From Zygophlyctis sp. KS116 (lineage: Eukaryota; Fungi; Chytridiomycota), in the NCBI GenBank assembly GCA_054661495.1, contig BAAFSQ010000051.1:20521-52520 (forward strand): a stretch of 32,000 bases of DNA. The letters run 5' to 3'. Positions 26,544-32,000 of this stretch are shown here, in pieces. The translations under genes and the position numbers were made by a program. The notes beneath the pieces are model-generated. The model was not told where the DNA came from. It ran no database searches and saw only the letters and a program-made list of their open reading frames with translations. How positions within the stretch are numbered: position 1 is the first letter of the stretch; every line of letters starts with the position of its first letter.

Positions 26544-27468
26544 TTATTTAATATTTCCTTGGTTCTTATTCTTTAAAGTTTGATTAAGAATCTCTTCCTT
26601 ATTATTTCTGATTGCTCGAAATCTTGGATCATCCAATAGTTGTTGAACAACTTCAAAACGTCCGAAATGACAAGCAAATACCAAGGCCCTATTTCGTCTG
26701 AAATTGGGATCGACTCTTTTATCTTTTAGCAATAATTTGATAATTTCTGCATGTCCATATTTAGCTGCCATATTAAATGCATCATTTTGTCTATCAGAAG
26801 GATCTACTCTTTGATCATTTAATAACACTTTTAAAAGATCAGTTTCGCCGTTTTTACAAACCTCCACAATAAGATAATTATTCCATACACTCGGATCAAC
26901 TCTTTCATCATCTAATAAAGCCTTTACAACTTCAAAATGACCATGATAAGTTGCCTTTTGAAGTGCATATTGATTTTCCATTGAAGGATCTACTCTTTTA
27001 TCCTTTAATAATCTTTTGACGGCTTTAACATGTCCGGATTGCGACGCCATTCGTATTCCAAATCCAGACCATGCTCCAGGATTAATCTAATTATTAATTT
27101 AAAAGAGTCTACATTTCCTTTAATTAATAATGCATCAATTTCTTGAACATACCCAAAGCCACAACAAAGAAAAAAGATGATTAGATCATTCAACTTTCTT
27201 ACGGTAGAGTTTTTCATTAGCGCTCCAAAATAATGCTCTGATCTAGTAACCATGATGCTGCTCATATTTAAATAAATAGTATTATAATAATCGATCATAT
27301 CTAAATTGGGATCTGGAAATGCATATGAATGATAAATATAACAATCCCTAAAAATTGTTTATAATGCAATTATTACCAATCAGATAGTCCAAACACCTTT
27401 GCAACATTCTTTGATGAGTAAAAGTCCAAATGCCTCATAATCTCCCAAAGGATCTCTGTTGGGAACAT
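26544..27468 (-). CDS. F-box-like + ankyrin-repeat protein (D.RVDPS-type repeats), 3 exons
   Basis: ATG 27468 gives MFPTEILWEIMRHLDF (F-box-like). Introns of 29 and 26 nt link it to ankyrin repeats GH..VVK.LL.D.RVDP. Confidence 0.75.
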
Positions 27469-27678
27469 TATGAAAGATAAAGATAAAATTTGAAATATGA
27501 AACATGATCATCCCAATGACGATGATCTTGGGATTTTACTGAATTAAATATATTCAGTAGTAATTTATGGATATTGCTAAAGTAGATTGTATTTTGACTG
27601 ATAAAATGATTTTGTCCAGTTTCGGACGAAATCAATTGCAACGGGGCACGTTAAGGTCAGCTATTTCATAAACAGGAT

Positions 27679-28987
27679 ATGAATTACTATCTGGAAAGAT
27701 CGGGCCCATTCGCCAATCAAGGATTTGAGCCAGGAGATGAAGTCAAGGAGTTTCTAGCTCAAGCAAAAATACTAGTGATTGGAGCAGGTGGCCTGGGTTG
27801 TGAGCTCTTGAAGAACTTGGCATCGTCTGGCTTTAAAGATTTAACTGTTATAGATATGGATACAATCGATCTAAGTAATCTAAATCGGCAGTTTTTGTTT
27901 CGGACGGGAGATATTGGGAAAAGTAAAGCTCAAGTTGCTGCAAAATTCATTACGGAAAGAATTCCATCTGTCCAAGTTGAGTCACATTTTTGTAAAATTC
28001 AAGATTTCGATGCTGATTTCTATTCTCAATTCACTCTTATAATTTGTGGGCTGGATTCTGTAGAAGCAAGAAGGTGGATGAATGCAACAATTGTTAATTT
28101 ATACGATGAAGAGGATCCTAGTACTTTAAAGCCATTGATTGATGGAGGAACTGAAGGTAGAACCTTTTTGAATTTAATAATAGGATTTAAAGGACAGAGT
28201 AGAGTGATTTTACCACGTATAACGGCTTGTTTTGAATGTTCAATTGAAATGCAAACCAAACCAAAGACTTATCCTTTATGTACAATAGCTAATACTCCTA
28301 GACTTCCAGAGCATTGTATTGAATGGGCATCAGTATTGGAATGGCCGGTATTTTATCCTGGAAAGAAATTTGACACAGATGATCCAGAGCATTTAAAATG
28401 GGTATTTGAAAAAGCAAAAACAAGAGCTGATGAGTTTGGAATTCTTGGAGTTACCTATTCTCTTACTCAAGGAGTAGTTAAAAATATTATACCTGCTATT
28501 GCATCTACTAATGCTATAATAGCTGCTGCATGCGCTAATGAAGCATTTAAAATTGTTACAAATTGTGTGACATATTTAAAGTAATTTACAAGTTTATCTG
28601 ATTTTAGTAACTATATGATGTATACTGGAGACTCTAGTATCTACACTTATACCTTTCCTCTAGAAAAAAACCCAGAATGTGCAGTTTGCGGGACAATTTC
28701 CATAACTTTACAATTTTCACCTGAAATGACATTAAAGGATTGTATTCAAGACTTGATTGATAACAAACAATTGTAATTTTGGAAAAACTAATTATAGTCA
28801 ATTGATCAAACCAAGTCTATGCACGCCCAATAAATCCTTATACATGGCAGCTCCCCGTAGTTTAGAAGAAGCAACACGACCAAACTTGGAGAAACAATTG
28901 AAAGATCTGATTCAAGATGGAACTAATGTTACAATCACTGATGGATCTTTACCGATTAGCATGAATGCTGTGATAAAGTTTTCTTAA
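27679..28987 (+). CDS. UBA3: NEDD8-activating enzyme E1 catalytic subunit, 4 exons
   Basis: [67 protein letters not shown]. Introns 28157-28183, 28581-28607 and about 28773-28797. Confidence 0.96.
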
Positions 28988-29004
28988 AAAAATTTAATTG
29001 ATAA

Positions 29005-30662
29005 ATGAGAAACAATGTGCGAGGACCAACTTCTGCTCTTAGTAGTTTCTTGAGGGAAAAAGGGATACGGATTGAATCTCAAAGAAACACTGATCGTCAG
29101 CCAAATGATCAGCAAGTTTCTAATGAAAATGATACCGAGGAACAGAATTCGGCTTTGGCTACAGAAGAATCATTGGAAATTGCACAAGATTCAATAGATG
29201 AACCGATGCAACCCATAGCTCAAGTAGAAGCGATTGCCGGTAGCAGCAGAGGCACAAAGGTAAAAAACACAAAGAAGAAGAAGAGGAAAATGTCGGTTGA
29301 CGATGATGATTTCCCCATTCCTGCAGGGAAAAAGATTAATTTGAATTTCTGTAGAAGATGTTGCCGTAAATTTCTTCATGATAATCAGATTGAATGTATT
29401 GCGTGTATGGGGATTAAGAAAACTGGTCAATCGGTAAAGAAGGCAAAGAAAGTGCTCAACCAAGATGGAGAAAAGGTGTCATTCTTATCTTTAAGGGATT
29501 TATGTTTAAAGGTACTTACGGTTTTCTAAAGTTTGATTGTTGCAGAATATATAGATTATGTAGATGAATTTGGTGATATTTCAGAAAACTCAAAGCAATT
29601 GATCTCTAAAATTCTTTCAAGGCAACGGCAAATTACTAATGATACAATCAAGCTTTTTATTGGTCCTACAGAAAAGATGTTGACATTATTTGATTGTACA
29701 TGTAAGTATCATATTGTTTACGTTAAGTGGTTACTTCAGTTGGATATGAAATGATTTCTGATCATTGCCCAAATTTGACGAATCTCCATTTGGGAATGTG
29801 TGGTAGAATCAAAGATGCGGATTTAAAAAAAATTGTTGATGGATGTCCCTCATTGAAAAGTTTGGAATTGGATGGACCTTTTTTATGTACAGATATTGGA
29901 ATGTCTCAACTGAGTAAATTATCAGATTTAGAGTCCTTTGCAATATCCAACGCTTCAAAGATTACTCATAAATCTATTGGGTTTCTTAACAAGGATGCAT
30001 TGCGACTTGTGAAAATTAAGCATTGTACTGCTGTTGGTTCAGGAATAGCAGAAATATTGGCTAGTTTTTCAGAGCTCATGGAACTGCAACTCGAGTTTAT
30101 TGGTGATATTGGTGAGGATGAATTGATGTTTCTTATTTCTAAATGCGGGGGAAGACTAAAAACCTTGTTTTTGGAGGGATTTTTAAAACTTTCAGATAGT
30201 AATTTGCAGCAGATAGCGACAACATGCACTTCACTTGATCGTTTTTCACTAGGGAGTTGCTTGAAGTTGACGAATGAAGGAATTGTTGCCTTTTTTGAAG
30301 CATGCAAATGTTGTTTGAAGTACGTATCTCTAAATCGATTACCAGATATAAATGATGATTCTCTGCTAAAACTCTTATTAAACCAATGCAAGCATTTGAC
30401 TCATCTTGACTTAAATGGTCTAGATAAGCTCACCAGTCAGAGTCTGAATCAATTAGTACGTGTCAGTGATCTTAACTACATTGATATATCTTGGGTACGC
30501 AATTTCGATAATGAAACGCTGGATTTATTGATTTCAAAATGTCAGCAATTAAGTGTAGTCAAAGTATATGGGTGCAATAGACTAACTGATGATAAGCTTT
30601 GTTCGAATTGGACTAATTTAAATGGAAAAAGGCTACAAATTCACGGAAATGAATTCGATTGA
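29005..30662 (+). CDS. RAD7: Nucleotide-excision-repair protein Rad7 (Cys cluster, LRRs), 3 exons
   Basis: N-terminal VRGPTSALSSFLREKGI, CxxC..CxxC, SLRDLCLK-IVAEYID...FGDI...ILSRQR, AMN1-type LRRs. Intron 1 is non-canonical (see findings); intron 2 is 29702-29727. Confidence 0.9.
29512..29535 (+). other. Putative non-canonical 24-nt GT..TG intron in RAD7
   Basis: gtacttacggttttctaaagtttg. Its removal gives LCLK|IVAEYID; no nearby AG is in phase with the donor. Confidence 0.6.
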
Positions 30663-30724
30663 TTTTTACTTTTTATTGCAATAACTTTATGAATTTGTAA
30701 ACTTTTCAAGAGTTCTTTTTAAAG

Positions 30725-31570
30725 CTACGTGCAATGATGATAAATTCCATCAACCAACAGTACTCTCTTTTCAATCAACAATTTTTCCAAATGAAGCATC
30801 GTATTATGTAAAGCAGCATTTCTAACAGACTCTGGATATCCCCTGTACATTTTAGAAACAATAGATGTAACATCTAATGGGGCATCTATAATCAAGGATA
30901 GTATTTCTCTCTCCCTTTCCTCACGATGATGAATATACTCATCAATCTTTCTTAAGGCATCATCTATCATAGGACCATGACCTGGATATATTTTTGAAGG
31001 AGTGATACTCTTTAGTTTCTCTAAACTTTTCATATAGTCCACCAGAGATTCAAAAACAGTCGAACCTTTCCCCAAAATACAGTCACCAGAAAACAATGCA
31101 TTACATTCCTTCAACATAAAACATGTATGATCAAAAGTATGTCCTGGAGTTGCAATTGCTTGAAGAGTAGCACCGTCAACACTGATCAATTGACCATCAA
31201 CTATCGGTAAATATTCTGTAGAGTATTCCTCTGGACTTTTTCTTTTATATACTTTGACTAATGCCTGATTAAAATGATCCATCATTAATTCTCGGACTTG
31301 ATCTATACCACCAATATGATCACCATGACCATGAGTAATCAGAATATCCACTGACACTGTGTTTGTAGATTCAAGGGCCTCAAGTAAACTGGCTTTGTAT
31401 TCAGATATTCCTTGTCCGGTATCAATCAATAAGCGGTGCATTCCAGTTCCTACTAGAAACGTATTCGTTCCGTCAAGCGTAAATGGACCTGGATTATGAC
31501 CGGGTATGCCTAGAGTTAAAATAAATATAAAATTACATAAAACTTGCGATGAAATTCTAAAAAAGTTCAT
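30725..31570 (-). CDS. LACTB2: LACTB2-like metallo-beta-lactamase-fold endoribonuclease, 2 exons
   Basis: NPGPFTLDGTNTFLVGTG, THGHGDHIGG, TPGHTFDH, FSGDCILGKGSTVF, IYPGHGP, YIHHREERE. A stopless 27-nt intron lies at 31510-31536. Confidence 0.92.
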   Translation of the reverse strand: MNFFRISSQVLCNFIFILTLGIPGHNPGPFTLDGTNTFLVGTGMHRLLIDTGQGISEYKASLLEALESTNTVSVDILITHGHGDHIGGIDQVRELMMDHFNQALVKVYKRKSPEEYSTEYLPIVDGQLISVDGATLQAIATPGHTFDHTCFMLKECNALFSGDCILGKGSTVFESLVDYMKSLEKLKSITPSKIYPGHGPMIDDALRKIDEYIHHREEREREILSLIIDAPLDVTSIVSKMYRGYPESVRNAALHNTMLHLEKLLIEKRVLLVDGIYHHCT

Positions 31571-31608
31571 CTGACAACACAGACTTAAGTCTAGGCTTTA
31601 ATTCTATC

Positions 31609-31639
31609 CCACAATGAAGATTTTGGTAAAAACGCAGCA
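31609..31639 (+). promoter_or_regulatory. Putative snRNA upstream element, copy 1 (CCACAA..ATTTTG..AA.CGCAGCA)
   Basis: Same motif at the same distance in front of both U5 copies. Confidence 0.5.
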
Positions 31640-31674
31640 AACTTTTACTAATATCAGAGAAATCTTCTCGGTAG

Positions 31675-31770
31675 ATACGCGATTTTTGCGCAATGAACAC
31701 ACCCTTCGCCTTTTACTAAGGATGTCAGTGTACAAGAGTCATAAAGCGTAGTTCTGAATTTTTTGTTTAT
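31675..31770 (+). ncRNA. U5: U5 spliceosomal snRNA, copy 1 (ends approximate)
   Basis: Invariant loop 1 CGCCTTTTACT at 31707-31717 closed by CCTT/AAGG. Long stem I ACGC-GATTTTTGCGCA/TGTACAAGAGTC-GCGT. Sm site AATTTTTTG at 31757-31765. Confidence 0.9.
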
Positions 31771-31841
31771 CTAGATTTATCCGCAATTTTTGCGGGTTTA
31801 TTAAAATTGCAATAAACTACCCTAAACCTAAACATTACGGA

Positions 31842-31873
31842 CCACAACTACATAATTTTGATCAAGCGCAGCA
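31842..31873 (+). promoter_or_regulatory. Putative snRNA upstream element, copy 2
   Basis: CCACAA at 31842, ATTTTG, and CGCAGCA at 31867, 44 nt upstream of the stem-opening ACGC as in copy 1. Confidence 0.5.
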
Positions 31874-31907
31874 GCTACAATTAAATTGAGGTTTATCTCC
31901 CCTTCTC

Positions 31908-32000
31908 ATCACGCAGCTTTTGCGCAATGAACACACCCTTCGCCTTTTACTAAGGATGTCAGTGTGCAAGAGCTACAAAGCGTATTTAGTAATTTTTCTA
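31908..32000 (+). ncRNA. U5: U5 spliceosomal snRNA, copy 2 (3' end at or beyond the window edge)
   Basis: Loop 1 CGCCTTTTACT at 31941-31951, stem AGCTTTTGCGCA/TGTGCAAGAGCT, Sm-like AATTTTTC at 31991-31998. Confidence 0.88.

Noticed and set aside
27606-27678. Upstream UBA3 exon from ATG 27606 through a 20-nt GT-AG intron
   Set aside because: Splicing gives AGG ATA TGA (stop, out of frame), and 20 nt is below the observed minimum.
11069-30391. Other short overlapping ORFs (e.g. 11069, 11810, 13473, 13654, 14043, 19323, 21413, 23896, 25240, 28026, 29191, 29966)
   Set aside because: They overlap well-supported genes on the other strand or frame.
30725-31570. Beta-lactamase resistance gene or bacterial transfer
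   Set aside because: Motifs match eukaryotic LACTB2, and it carries a host-type intron.
31684-31972. Direct repeat of about 47 bp resembling a CRISPR repeat or LTR
   Set aside because: Only two copies, no cas or transposon genes, and it contains U5 loop 1 with an Sm site downstream.

Overview
AT-rich, very gene-dense eukaryotic DNA, most consistent with a zoosporic (chytrid-type) fungus. It mixes fungal genes (SHE9/MDM33, ERG24, RAD7, SEC14, CLU1) with centriole/cilium-linked genes (PPP1R42-like, CCDC138-like) and animal-like genes (Slo/BK K+ channel, OSTF1, MARK, RNF212, LACTB2). The fragmented ORF track is explained by about 55 tiny spliceosomal introns that I reconstructed by hand. Almost all are 24-32 nt, none shorter than 24 nt, and many end in AAG. 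About 23 protein-coding genes are present, plus a tRNA-Asn(GTT) and two tandem U5 snRNA genes at the right edge. Main observations: (1) a mini-intron system with an apparent ~24-nt length floor, where nearer AGs are skipped; (2) a RAD7 intron that can only be read as GT..TG, or is a 1-nt assembly error; (3) duplicated U5 snRNAs with compensatory stem changes and a shared upstream motif; (4) same-strand genes separated by only 14-43 nt of A-rich spacer, suggesting polycistronic or overlapping transcription; (5) a 7TM-RGS receptor with a degenerate RGS box and a Slo channel lacking the Ca2+ bowl. All homology calls come from recalled family motifs, not database searches.
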